Shown here piece after piece: positions 8,824-18,500 of a DNA stretch of 39,816 nt. The first letter of the stretch is position 1. The number at the start of each line of letters is the position of its first letter. A model generated the notes under the pieces. The model was given only the letters and a program-made list of their open reading frames with translations, was not told the DNA's origin and did no database searches. Made by a program: the position numbers and the translations under genes. The stretch is from a virus (lineage: Duplodnaviria > Heunggongvirae > Uroviricota > Caudoviricetes): the IMG/VR virus record IMGVR_UViG_2541047807_000001, positions 1-39,816 of that record; one strand, written 5' to 3'.

Positions 8824-9226
8824 CGTCTTTTCTCCCCGGAATTAACTCGCGTGGGTTATCGGAACGGTGATAGAGCCAGATGCCAATTCGTACTGCGACG
8901 ATTGCTGACACAAATGCGCCAGCAGAGAAAACAATCCCTTTCTCGAAAGAGTCCTGCGTGATGGTAGGTATCAGGCTGGCTATGCCGATAAGAATTGATG
9001 CTGCTGGTTTGTAGAAAAGAAGTCCGCAGAGAAAACTAAGCATCGACAAGAGTACGCGACGACGAATTGGGTGCTCTACCGCAGAGGTAACAAAAATTAC
9101 CGCGCCAGCCAAAGCTCCCAAAGCAACCTCAGGAGGCACTCCTGCTATCACCGCCGCCAGAGAACTCATGCTAAGCCACTGATTTAATGTTTCACTGGTT
9201 AGTTGAGCTGACATATTTTCCACCAT
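8810..9226 (-). CDS. Holin-like membrane protein
   Basis: 138 aa with multiple predicted TM helices; first gene of the lysis cassette. Confidence 0.45.
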   Translation of the reverse strand: MVENMSAQLTSETLNQWLSMSSLAAVIAGVPPEVALGALAGAVIFVTSAVEHPIRRRVLLSMLSFLCGLLFYKPAASILIGIASLIPTITQDSFEKGIVFSAGAFVSAIVAVRIGIWLYHRSDNPRELIPGRKDDGNA

Positions 9227-9435
9227 TTATATGCATAACGACCCCCTAAATAGTAAAGCACCATGCATGATAAACCATTTATGGTTTTTTGTTACCCTAG
9301 CATCGTAAATCCCCTGCCTTTGATGTCGATAATAAGGCTCGCCTTTTACATAACTCTGAAGAGATTGCAGTACAGAAATTATTTAAAATATAGAGGCTTA
9401 GTTGAATTCCGCGCCATCAAATGGCGCGGTAGCAG

Positions 9436-9720
9436 TCAAATATAGAAATAAACACCAAAACAAACAGTAACAGGAACAACAAAGTCAAACAGGCTTCCAA
9501 CATCCCATACGCGCGGATCAAAACCTCCCCACCACGGCATATTCATACGCTTGCCATGCCCGAACATTTCAATCCAGCGATATTCTGCCTGGGTGTGTTC
9601 ACGCGCAATGAAGAACGTACAACCAGCTATCGCTCCGTAAGCCCAGTTTCCGGTAAAAAGGCCAATCAGTACCTGCGCAGCCACAGCACAAAACGCATGA
9701 AGGAAAGGTGTTATATCCAT
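9436..9720 (-). CDS. Small multi-pass membrane protein (function unknown)
   Basis: Strong RBS AAGGAG 5 nt before ATG 9720; 94 aa with about 3 hydrophobic helices; sits between tailspike and lysis genes. Confidence 0.45.
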   Translation of the reverse strand: MDITPFLHAFCAVAAQVLIGLFTGNWAYGAIAGCTFFIAREHTQAEYRWIEMFGHGKRMNMPWWGGFDPRVWDVGSLFDFVVPVTVCFGVYFYI

Positions 9721-9754
9721 TATCGCTCCTTTAACATAAGGATAAATAAACACT

Positions 9755-12070
9755 TCATAAAATAGATTTCGTCTTTGTAACAATAATATCTACAAAATCA
9801 CCTGTAGATATAGCTGATGGTACTGTATCTGCAAGAGTAATCTTTTCTGAAGAGATGTTTTGCACATCTAATAATTTATTTTCAACCCCATCCGTATATA
9901 CCAATTTGACATCACTGAATGGAGGGTAATAAGTGACTGTTCCTTGGTATACATATATTTCACTGCCTGAAATTGATTTCACTACATACCTGCCCCTTAC
10001 AAGATTAATTTTGAGTTCAGATAAATCGGTTTTATAACAGGTAATTCCTGAACCAATGTTAGCCATACTAATATCAGTATCACTATAATAAGTAATTGCT
10101 TTTCCTTGTTTTAAGGTGAAGTTATCTTTGCTTTTCCTTGGCAAGGATGTGCTATTTTTGTAATATCTACCAGTTAAGCATAGCCATGAAAATGCAGTAT
10201 TCGCTACATTACCACCAGAATACACAGCTAAACGAATTGCACTAACTGGAACCCCTTCATTATTAATCCTGATCTTAATGGAAGAAATGTTAGCAACAGT
10301 AGCATATCTATGGTTAGATGAATCCCATTGCATAGAAGAAGTTATTGCTTCTGTTTGTGAAGTTATGACATTCCCATCTCCATCTAATGCATACAGGTAA
10401 ATGCGAAACGATGCCGTATCTGCTGAGAATGTAAACATATCACCATTTCTTACTGGTACATCTCCAGATTCCCATAACAACCCAAAATTCCGCATAAAAG
10501 CAAACTTAGAAGAAACTAGGTGACGGATATTATATAAACCATCTACATCTGTTTGATATGCTAATACACCAACTTCTCCATTGTTGGCACTGGATATAAA
10601 TGGGGTGTTAGCATTTAAAGAAAACAATGTTACTTCATCGGATATATTTTCCTGAACATGAAATACTGCATTCCCCTTGCCATTATCAGTTACCTCTACA
10701 TAAGTGTAAGGTGATGGATTGTATGGTTCATTTGTATAGTAAGGAGAACTTAACCATGAAGCCTCAATTGAGTTATTCCACGTATATTCACCAAAGTTAA
10801 TTATCAACTGTTGGTTAGTTGGGGATGATGGATATCGTTCAAAACGAAACCCGTAGAAGTAATTGTTATCACCTCTTTGAATATCAATTTTACCTGCCCC
10901 CTCCATAGTTCCACCATAAAACTTATTGTGGTTATGATGATATGGATTATCAGCGAAAATGATATTATTCGTACGATTCAGATAAAAATAGTTTTCATTT
11001 ATCCATCCGTTCTCAACTCCAAGAAAATGAATTGTATCGACCTTTTTCAGGTTAAAGGTTGAGTATGCTATTGAATAATCCGTCGATGCCACCGAAGCAT
11101 TATAATTTGCATATAACTGTAAGTAGTCGCAACGCTCAATGTTAATATGCTGCCCTTTTGCCCCGATAATACGAATATCCGGTGTCGTTTCAGATGAAAT
11201 ACCAGAATTTCTGATAATCGTTCCGAAGTTTTGTCTTGGGTTGTTAGGGTTTGATGCATTCCCGCCAAGCAATACCCCTATTCCTGAGTGGGATATGGTA
11301 AAAACAGCATTGGTCATTTCGAGGCTGACATTACGAAGATTTAATGTCTCCGTAATAATAAAATTACCTTCCGCTCGTAATGTTCTGGATGATTCTCGTG
11401 CATATTCTGCAGCCAGGATCAATGCAGATGTATCATCTGTTATACCATCGCCTTTTGCCCCAAAATCGCGAACACTAACGGTGTCTCTCATCTTATCCTG
11501 GAACGTTCGGTATACTGCTCCAGAACCATACTGAATAAACCAACCAAAACCACCAACAACCCCGGCGATTGCAGCATCGACATAATTACGCATTGAGCGA
11601 TTATTTACAGCGTCCTGCTCAAGTGATGGATCTGCAAGGTTAGAAATTTTGTTTTGCTTTGCATCGTAATATTTTGCAAGCAAAGATGGTTTCATCAATG
11701 CACGTCTGAACCACCCAAAACATTGCTGGATCAGCATCGTCAGGTAGTCAAAAGCATCTTCATGCACTTCGGGGAAAAATTTTCCCTGATTGCGAAGATC
11801 TGTCTCCTGCACTACATCAAGCACACGATCTATCGTAATTCGCCAGCCAGCAGCAAGCGGAGACGGCAGAACCACTGAACCGCCACTATAAGTGCCCGCC
11901 CCAGTTACCGTATAACCGGTATCCAGAACCAATTCTGTTACGTTCCCGTTCAGGTCAGACACCTGAACAACCAGGTCTGATTTTCTGAAAATTCGAAAAG
12001 TATACGGAAACGATGTCGTAACGCCGTTACCTGTGTATTCGTTGTGGTCAACTTCGGTTGAGACCGTCAT
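9755..12070 (-). CDS. Tailspike / receptor-binding protein with T7 gp17-like N-terminal adaptor and pectate-lyase-like beta-helix
   Basis: N-terminus MTVSTEVDHNEYTGNGVTTSFPYTFRIF is tail-fiber-adaptor-like; VRDFGAKGDGITDDT is a beta-helix depolymerase signature. The gene is visibly AT-rich versus its neighbours. Confidence 0.8.
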   Translation of the reverse strand: MTVSTEVDHNEYTGNGVTTSFPYTFRIFRKSDLVVQVSDLNGNVTELVLDTGYTVTGAGTYSGGSVVLPSPLAAGWRITIDRVLDVVQETDLRNQGKFFPEVHEDAFDYLTMLIQQCFGWFRRALMKPSLLAKYYDAKQNKISNLADPSLEQDAVNNRSMRNYVDAAIAGVVGGFGWFIQYGSGAVYRTFQDKMRDTVSVRDFGAKGDGITDDTSALILAAEYARESSRTLRAEGNFIITETLNLRNVSLEMTNAVFTISHSGIGVLLGGNASNPNNPRQNFGTIIRNSGISSETTPDIRIIGAKGQHINIERCDYLQLYANYNASVASTDYSIAYSTFNLKKVDTIHFLGVENGWINENYFYLNRTNNIIFADNPYHHNHNKFYGGTMEGAGKIDIQRGDNNYFYGFRFERYPSSPTNQQLIINFGEYTWNNSIEASWLSSPYYTNEPYNPSPYTYVEVTDNGKGNAVFHVQENISDEVTLFSLNANTPFISSANNGEVGVLAYQTDVDGLYNIRHLVSSKFAFMRNFGLLWESGDVPVRNGDMFTFSADTASFRIYLYALDGDGNVITSQTEAITSSMQWDSSNHRYATVANISSIKIRINNEGVPVSAIRLAVYSGGNVANTAFSWLCLTGRYYKNSTSLPRKSKDNFTLKQGKAITYYSDTDISMANIGSGITCYKTDLSELKINLVRGRYVVKSISGSEIYVYQGTVTYYPPFSDVKLVYTDGVENKLLDVQNISSEKITLADTVPSAISTGDFVDIIVTKTKSIL

Positions 12071-12175
12071 GTTAAATCTCCAGATAGTCGCAGCACCCGT
12101 TGCGCCGCATATCTGGTTATTCTATTACCCATAAAACCATATATGGATAGAAAGACTGTGAATATGAATAGATAT

Positions 12176-12190
12176 TACCTTTCAGGTAAT
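12176..12190. promoter_or_regulatory. Repressor operator-type site TTACCtttcaGGTAA
   Basis: Perfect TTACC-N5-GGTAA palindrome upstream of the antirepressor-like gene. Confidence 0.5.
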
Positions 12191-12228
12191 TTGCAAAACG
12201 TGCTGGATAGCAAACAAATTATTTGCTA

Positions 12229-12244
12229 CTGTATAAATATACAG
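12229..12244. promoter_or_regulatory. LexA (SOS) box
   Basis: CTGTATAAATATACAG matches the CTGT-N8-ACAG LexA consensus, about 20 nt upstream of the ORF start. Confidence 0.65.
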
Positions 12245-12266
12245 TTATTGCATGGAGAAGATTAAG

Positions 12267-12524
12267 ATGCAGCAGTATCACTATCCACTGGAAGACGGAT
12301 TTACCGAAAGGATTCACACGCCGGGAGGCGTCAGGTCACTGGTGGAGGGATCGCACTTGATGAAATTACTCCGGGATCTCGATAAGGATGGATTTAATGT
12401 CGATGGCCCACTTGCCGAACTGACTGCACTGATTAACTACGTCACCAGCTCACAGATGTCTATGCAGGATCTGCAAACACATCTCGACTATTGTGCCGAA
12501 CAATTACGAAAGCAAACCAGATAA
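12267..12524 (+). CDS. Small antirepressor-like protein (stand-alone paralogue of the antirepressor C-terminal domain)
   Basis: HLMKLLRDLDKDGFNVDGPLAELTALINYVTSSQMSMQDLQTH parallels LLMNLLNQLQEDGHDVSGAAAELTTMFCYIVGVSKCLRDIQTH in the downstream antirepressor. Preceded by the LexA box. Confidence 0.5.
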   Translation: MQQYHYPLEDGFTERIHTPGGVRSLVEGSHLMKLLRDLDKDGFNVDGPLAELTALINYVTSSQMSMQDLQTHLDYCAEQLRKQTR

Positions 12525-12555
12525 GGTTTGCAATTACCAAGTGGAGTGCTTATAT

Positions 12556-12570
12556 TTACCTTTGCGGTAA
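12556..12570. promoter_or_regulatory. Repressor operator-type site TTACCtttgcGGTAA
   Basis: Perfect TTACC-N5-GGTAA between the two antirepressor-like genes. Confidence 0.45.
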
Positions 12571-12663
12571 ATTTACATCGCACTCCTCTTGTGCCATAGT
12601 AATCAGGCACTGGCAAAATCCAGTGCCGGGATTGGCGTCCCGGGTTACTACAGAGGCACATAT

Positions 12664-12687
12664 GCCGCATAAGCGGTTTTTTTATGT
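12664..12687 (+). terminator. Rho-independent terminator
   Basis: ccgc-ataa-gcgg hairpin followed by a run of seven T. Confidence 0.5.
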
Positions 12688-12837
12688 GTAAAGCGCACCT
12701 ATTCTATGGTGGGCTGTGTGGGGGCACCGAAAGGTGCGCCGGGTCCTTTGTAGCCGGTTACGCCAACCCTGCACAGTTCACCACCAACCGATTGGCGTCG
12801 GTAGTGGTGATTAACCTAACTACAAAGGTGATCACTA

Positions 12838-13523
12838 TGACTGCTAACGTAACCCCATCTGTTTTTCATTTTGAATCAGAAGCAACCATTCGAGCCATTG
12901 TTATTGATGGAAATCCTTGGTTTGTTGCCAAAGACGTTATTAAAGCTCTTCAACTGACAAACCCCACTATGTCAATAAAATCTCTTGATGATGATGAAAG
13001 GGCTAAATTTAACTTAGGCCGTCAAGGCGAAACCAATATTATCAACGAGTCAGGCCTCTACACACTGATCCTCCGCTGCCGCGACGCAGTGACACCAGGC
13101 ACTATCCCCTACCGCTTTCGTAAATGGGTTACAGGTGAGGTTCTTCCTCAGATCCGCCGCACCGGAAGTTACATTAAAAACTCGCTCCCGCAGGAAGAAC
13201 GCATAAAGATGGTTGCCGACCAGGTAGCCAACGCCATAGCATCAGCAGTGATGCAGGCAATGAAGATAGAGAACAAAACCTACAGTGCCCCGCTGAAGCC
13301 CGGCTACCGCAGTCTGATTCATTCGCCGTCGGGTGTTCTCGGCCTGACGGAGAACTCACTGCTGATGAATCTGCTGAACCAGTTACAGGAAGACGGGCAT
13401 GACGTATCGGGCGCGGCGGCGGAGTTGACCACCATGTTCTGCTACATCGTCGGTGTGAGCAAATGCCTGCGTGATATCCAGACCCACGCGGAGTACATCA
13501 ACGACAAGGCAGGGTTCTTCTGA
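12838..13523 (+). CDS. Antirepressor (Bro-N / AntA-type N-terminal domain)
   Basis: FHFESEATIRAIVIDGNPWFVAKDVIKALQLTNP is a Bro-N/Ant signature. RBS aaggtga before ATG 12838; the longer ORF-track start at 12684 lies in the terminator T-run. Confidence 0.7.
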
Positions 13524-13594
13524 CGGCGGCGGCACAGGGATGTGCCTTTAAATAATTCTGTACAGATTGCAGACTGTGGGTGAATAGCGTACTA

Positions 13595-13609
13595 TTACCT
13601 CAAGGGTAA
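13595..13609. promoter_or_regulatory. Repressor operator-type site TTACCtcaagGGTAA
   Basis: Perfect TTACC-N5-GGTAA upstream of the toxin-like module. Confidence 0.45.
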
Positions 13610-13669
13610 ACGGATTGGTTTCATTTTTATTAATCCGTGTAATGAACTTATGAGATATGAGGTAATGTC

Positions 13670-13849
13670 ATGCGAAACGAAAAATTGCAGATGCGTAGAG
13701 CGCAAGCTGCCGCAAGACGTTCTTTCAATGGAAGCGTAGAGTACGTAAAAGTTACTATGACAAAAGATCACGCAAGTCGCGTATCCCGCGCTTTCTTTGA
13801 TTCTCGTAACAATAAGGAAAATTATGAGTTCGTCTGCGTCGCAGAATGA
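13670..13849 (+). CDS. Small basic protein overlapping the start of the toxin-like gene (candidate partner or antitoxin)
   Basis: 59-codon ORF with RBS gagg 8 nt upstream; overlaps the next gene by 26 nt. Confidence 0.35.
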   Translation: MRNEKLQMRRAQAAARRSFNGSVEYVKVTMTKDHASRVSRAFFDSRNNKENYEFVCVAE

Positions 13850-14369
13850 TAAAAATCAAATTGTCAGATATAAGGGTCGAGTGTTGCATACGCAAAATTT
13901 CTCGGCCCTTTGTGCATCTGATCTTGAGCTGAAGAAAGTATCTGATGCCTTTACCCAGTATTGGAAAACGGGATACCATCCATCTCTTGGTAAAGATGCT
14001 GCATTTGCTCGTCCGACAGAAATGCTTAAACTAAATGTCAGGCATACTCATGTCGATAACCAAGACTATATTCCAGAAGATAGTGATAAAAAACACACTG
14101 GTAAAAAATCATCTTGGGATGCATGGAAAAATATAGCGTCTGTACAAGTAAAATGCATACCAACAAGTGATTGCTTTTTAGTTTATTCGGTAAATCACAA
14201 TCGTGATGCGCTGGTTATGTTTTTTGTTGACGCAGATGCTCACAACATAACTGAGCAAGAAGAGTTTAAAGAGGAAGCAATCACTATCAGTTATCAATTC
14301 TTTGAGAAAACAAAAACAGAACCAATGCCTTTAGAAGAAGATCTTTTTTCTGATAAATGGAAGGAATAG
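13824..14369 (+). CDS. YafO-like toxin family protein (candidate ribosome-dependent mRNA interferase)
   Basis: Three blocks in YafO order: YWKTGYHPSLGKDAAF, LNVRHTHV, CFLVYSVNHNRDALVMFFVDADAH, matching my recollection of E. coli YafO (...FGRDALY.., ..ERVAHIHL.., ..AHLVYCQGAFDEQAWLLIAILKPEPH). RBS aaggaaaa before ATG 13824. Confidence 0.5.
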   Translation: MSSSASQNDKNQIVRYKGRVLHTQNFSALCASDLELKKVSDAFTQYWKTGYHPSLGKDAAFARPTEMLKLNVRHTHVDNQDYIPEDSDKKHTGKKSSWDAWKNIASVQVKCIPTSDCFLVYSVNHNRDALVMFFVDADAHNITEQEEFKEEAITISYQFFEKTKTEPMPLEEDLFSDKWKE

Positions 14370-14390
14370 CCCGCAGCGCGGGCTTTTTTG
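14368..14390 (+). terminator. Rho-independent terminator
   Basis: agcccgc-agc-gcgggct hairpin followed by six T. Confidence 0.55.
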
Positions 14391-14460
14391 TGGACGAAAC
14401 AAAAGTCAGTGCTACACTCATTGACGCCACATTGAGGTGGCTTATAGATGGAAATTTCAC

Positions 14461-14623
14461 AATGAAAAAAGCATTTGCTGCACTGTTCGTTTTGTTGTCT
14501 CTGGTAGCTTCAACTCAGGCCTTTGCCGGTCGTTGTCAGCACGACAGCGATACTGCTGCTGACGGCTCCCGCTGCGGTGGGCGTTCTGCGGATTCCCGTC
14601 CGGGCGGCGGTGGCATTCGTTAA
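14461..14623 (+). CDS. Small secreted peptide with signal peptide, Cys-containing and Gly-rich
   Basis: MKKAFAALFVLLSLVASTQAFA signal peptide, then a 31-aa mature part. Own sigma70-like promoter TTGACG-16-TATAGA just upstream. Confidence 0.45.
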
Positions 14624-14659
14624 AAACAAGGCCGCGAAAGCGGCCTGTGACATGTCACG

Positions 14660-15109
14660 CTACTTGCGAAATCTTTCTTTACCCTTCCAGCCAGTAGATG
14701 TTAGTTCAGGATGAATGGTTCCCAATATAAAGCCAACCATAGCGGAGCGAGGATCTTCTATTTTATCCGTTAATTCTTCGGCATAACTCACAGGCAACCA
14801 AGCAACAAGATCACCAATCCTCAGCTTTGGTCCTTTGCTGTAAGATGAATCGGCAATAACAAAAAATCCACCATCAGCTGAGCACACCTTCAGCATTGCC
14901 CTTTGTCTTCCAGAATCTAGCAAAACTGGCTGTTCCCCACTGGGACCAGGTATGATGATGGCTGGCATTGGTTTATTGGCTGAAAGGCTTGTGTCAAGAT
15001 ACTTACACGCATACTCAAAAGCTGAAAAGTTATCCTTAAAGATAAGAGGTTGAATTTTATTGCTAACCTCCTTACCACCGATTAATCTGTTGATCATCTT
15101 CTTGAACAT
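14660..15109 (-). CDS. Hypothetical protein (AT-rich accessory gene)
   Basis: ATG at 15109 with RBS aggtga; about 150 aa; opposite orientation to flanking accessory genes. Confidence 0.5.
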   Translation of the reverse strand: MFKKMINRLIGGKEVSNKIQPLIFKDNFSAFEYACKYLDTSLSANKPMPAIIIPGPSGEQPVLLDSGRQRAMLKVCSADGGFFVIADSSYSKGPKLRIGDLVAWLPVSYAEELTDKIEDPRSAMVGFILGTIHPELTSTGWKGKERFRK

Positions 15110-15121
15110 AAAGGTCACCTA

Positions 15122-15562
15122 ATGATTAAGCCGATGCACGCTATTACAGCTACCGTTTTGTTTATCCTACCAATTTTTTCGTTTGCAAACGACATATGTT
15201 TTAAGAATTTAATAAATGAGGATATGTGTGCACATGCAAACAAAATCGCATCAGAAGCAGGAAAGTCACTTCCCATAAAATTGAATGATAATATGTCTAT
15301 TGTTTCAATAAATGCAATACTAAACAAACTTTTAGTTGTAGCGCATCTTAATTACAACAACAGCTATTTATCAAAAGTTTATAATGGTGATATAACCTTA
15401 GAAAATAAATTAAAGAGTGTGATGCGAAATTATTCAAAATCGAGCATTTGCTCCAACAGGCAAATGAAAGCATTTATTCACCTTGGCGGAGAGATTGAGT
15501 ATAGGTATGTATTTAGTGATGGCAATATATTTGATACATACGCCATCACTAATTGTGAATAG
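15122..15562 (+). CDS. Hypothetical periplasmic or exported protein (AT-rich accessory gene)
   Basis: N-terminal hydrophobic signal-like segment ITATVLFILPIFSFA, four Cys, low-GC composition. Confidence 0.5.
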   Translation: MIKPMHAITATVLFILPIFSFANDICFKNLINEDMCAHANKIASEAGKSLPIKLNDNMSIVSINAILNKLLVVAHLNYNNSYLSKVYNGDITLENKLKSVMRNYSKSSICSNRQMKAFIHLGGEIEYRYVFSDGNIFDTYAITNCE

Positions 15563-18500
15563 CTATTTCATCTGCTCTTCAACTTTATTTAGTAACGGTG
15601 ATATCGCCCACAGGTTCTGAAAAGGTAGCATTTTACGGACCGCGTGGGTTTGCTGGCTGTCAAATTCTCCGTTAAGTACACCATTCGCAACCGTCGCGGC
15701 ATCACCGCCAAGATCAAAGGTAGGACCAAGTAAAGCACCAATAGCATTACGACTCTGAAACCTTGATACCGGAGGCGCACCAAACATCGCGCCAAGACCA
15801 AACCTACCGCCGCTTATGTTCTCAACGGTATTCAGCGGCTCAGAGAGCCAGCCAAGCATTCCGCCCCGGTCGATCCCCTCTTTCACAAGGTTATTCCAGC
15901 TGTAGTCGATATCGCGACCGCTTAACTTCTGTTTCATCATATATACCATTGAGCCAAGCGCAATCGTGCCAAGCGCACCAAGATAGAATGCAGCATCGCC
16001 CTGCTGGATACCAGATACCAGCACCCTGTTATGCTGTGCGAAGATAAACGTTTTGAACTGCGTGATCATCTTCCAGCCTTCTTTACTAAAAAACAGCGGT
16101 GTATCACCTACGCCAGGCGTTACAATCACTGAGTCTACATCTTTCAGCACTGCAGACTGGAAAATCTCTCTAGCGAAACGGTCATCCCACAGATGACTAT
16201 GCCCGGTTAACAGCCCGTCCATATCCTCTCCGTGCTTCCCGAATTGCTCCCCGATTCGGCGCAGAACATCTTCATTGATGCCGACCTGTGCCATCTTCCG
16301 CATTTCACTTTTGGAGAGCGTGCCACCAGCAGAAACTTGGCGAGCCGCGTCAAGTATCCTCGACTGCACTATCATCCCGGACCATGATTTAAGTGCGCTG
16401 TTCCACTGATTCATCAGCGTCCAGTTACCGAATTTCTGCGTCATCCAGTTCAGACCTCGCTCAGCGGCGCTTCTCCGGCTATAGGGGTCAGTAAGATCCG
16501 CTATAGCCTTTGTACGCGTAGACAGGACATAATCAAGCCCAACGGCCATTTCTCGCAAATCCCTAGTTGCAATTTTCACTGAGTCCATATTTTTAAGCAT
16601 GCTTACCATTGGTCCGAGAGATTTTCTCAGGCCATGCTGCATCATCGGTCGCATCAGATCAGTTGCAGCGGAGACAGTCATTCCACCAAGCAAACGGAGG
16701 AAGTTAATATTCCTAGCAACTCGCCCGGCACGAACAAAGAAACTGCGTGGATCTTGAGGTGCGCCGTAAGTACCAAGCAGTCGATCACGCATAGCCGTAA
16801 TATCCCTAATATCAGCCTCCCGTTGCTTCTCAAGAACTGCACGTCGTTTAGGTGTTTTAGCCTCTTTTATTAGCCGGGTATATTCCTCACTAACCTGACG
16901 GATTTGCTCCCCCATATCTTTACGGCCAAACTGCGCAGTCAGCTCAATTTCTGGTGCCACCTGCCGGAGATAACTTTCCATGATGTAGTTAACATCTGAT
17001 TCAAGAAAATCTTCTATACGCTCATCAGGAATAAGCAGCGTTCTGCTTTTAGTGAAACCAGCCCGACCAACGAGTCTCTCTGGGATAATATCGGCTGGTA
17101 CAAGCCCGGAAGGTGCGCCTATTATTTTATTCACGATCTCGTCAGCAGCGTCCTCTGCTTCCTCTCGGGATAGAGGCTCCATCTGCTTCAGTGCTCGTTC
17201 GCGGCTTGCATTCAGCCTTGTGGTTGAATTTGCCCGTTTTTGCAGTCGGCGAAGCTCAGAACGATATTTCCGTGGATTATCCAGCAACTCCATATGGCGC
17301 TGATAGACAGGAAGCTCACTCTTTGCCTGCGCTATATCATCAAGGCGTGTTTTAAGGTCAGAGCTTTCTTTCATCATTCTTGCCTGAAGTTTTTCTGATG
17401 AAGTCTCGGCCAACTCTTTTTCTATTCTTGTAAGACGCGCCTGTGTGTCAGTCTCCTGAGATATAAGCTTATTTCGTTTATCCAGTTCTTCCATGAGTAG
17501 AATTTTTTTACCAGACCATTTCTCCGCTTCAGCGATTTCACTAGCGAGAGCATCAGCGCGCGGTGCCGATTCCTCTGCAGTTTTTAGCAATGAATTTATC
17601 CTTTCAATTCGCTGACCTGCTTTGTCAGCACCTTTGGCACTAATCCCTTGTATCCAGTTGGCAATTCGCCCTCTGAATTCAGTGCGGTCGGAAAGTATCT
17701 TATCGAACTTATAAATGCGGGGAAGATAACTTTTCGCCGTCACGACATCGATATCCTCAGGAAGGATCCCCAGTTCCTGCATACGGGCTTTTGTGGTCTC
17801 GAAAATGGGGCGGATTCTGGCGGCTGCTTGTGAAACCTCAGGAATATCACTCTGATCACCACGGCGCATAGCCATGCCAACAGCTTCATTGAAATCAATA
17901 AAGTTCATCCTCTTCACGCCGCGGGCGCTAACAGATTTGCTGTACTGCTGGTAAGCATCACGAGTGGCTTCCATCTGCTTATAAAGCATGGCGTCGTATT
18001 GCTTAATCTTAGTCTCGACTGCCGTAAACGTAGCCAACCCCTCATCATTTTTGGCGAAGAAATAGTTATTTTCGGCAAGCTGCTGGTTAATCTGACGGGA
18101 GACAAGAGATGGTGATTGAGCCAAGCGGCCAGCAGGAGTGACACTCAACGTTTTGTTAGCAAGTCCAAGTCCAGCGAGCTGTTCCTGATCGAGTGTGGTA
18201 TTGAAAACCTGAGCTGCACCAATGCTTTGAGGAGAATCCATACCTCGCAAATGATTACCTACTGAGTTAACCACTGCCTCGCGCGCGCTAGGTCCAGCAA
18301 GTAGCTGTGCACCAGCACCAAGGATCCCACCAACGAGAGCATCAACAACAACGTTCGATACGCTCTCCATCGGTGAGCGAGCTTCCTGAGTGGCCTGTAA
18401 TGCGGCTTCTGATACTCCCCCACCAGCAGCATTCGCCAGGGCAAAACGCCCTGCCGTCTCAGCAATACTTCCTCCACGCGCTACCGCCCCTACAGGGATA

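Noticed and set aside
10877-11534. Plus-strand ORFs inside the tailspike gene
   Set aside because: Embedded antisense frames in an AT-rich gene with no translation signals.
12684-12837. Longer N-terminal extension of the antirepressor (ORF-track start at 12684)
   Set aside because: The upstream ATG lies inside the T-run of a terminator and lacks an RBS; the Bro-N domain begins after ATG 12838, which has a good RBS.
14647-14658. CRP binding site interpretation of GTGACATGTCAC
   Set aside because: CRP requires TGTGA-N6-TCACA; here the half-sites are separated by only 4 nt.
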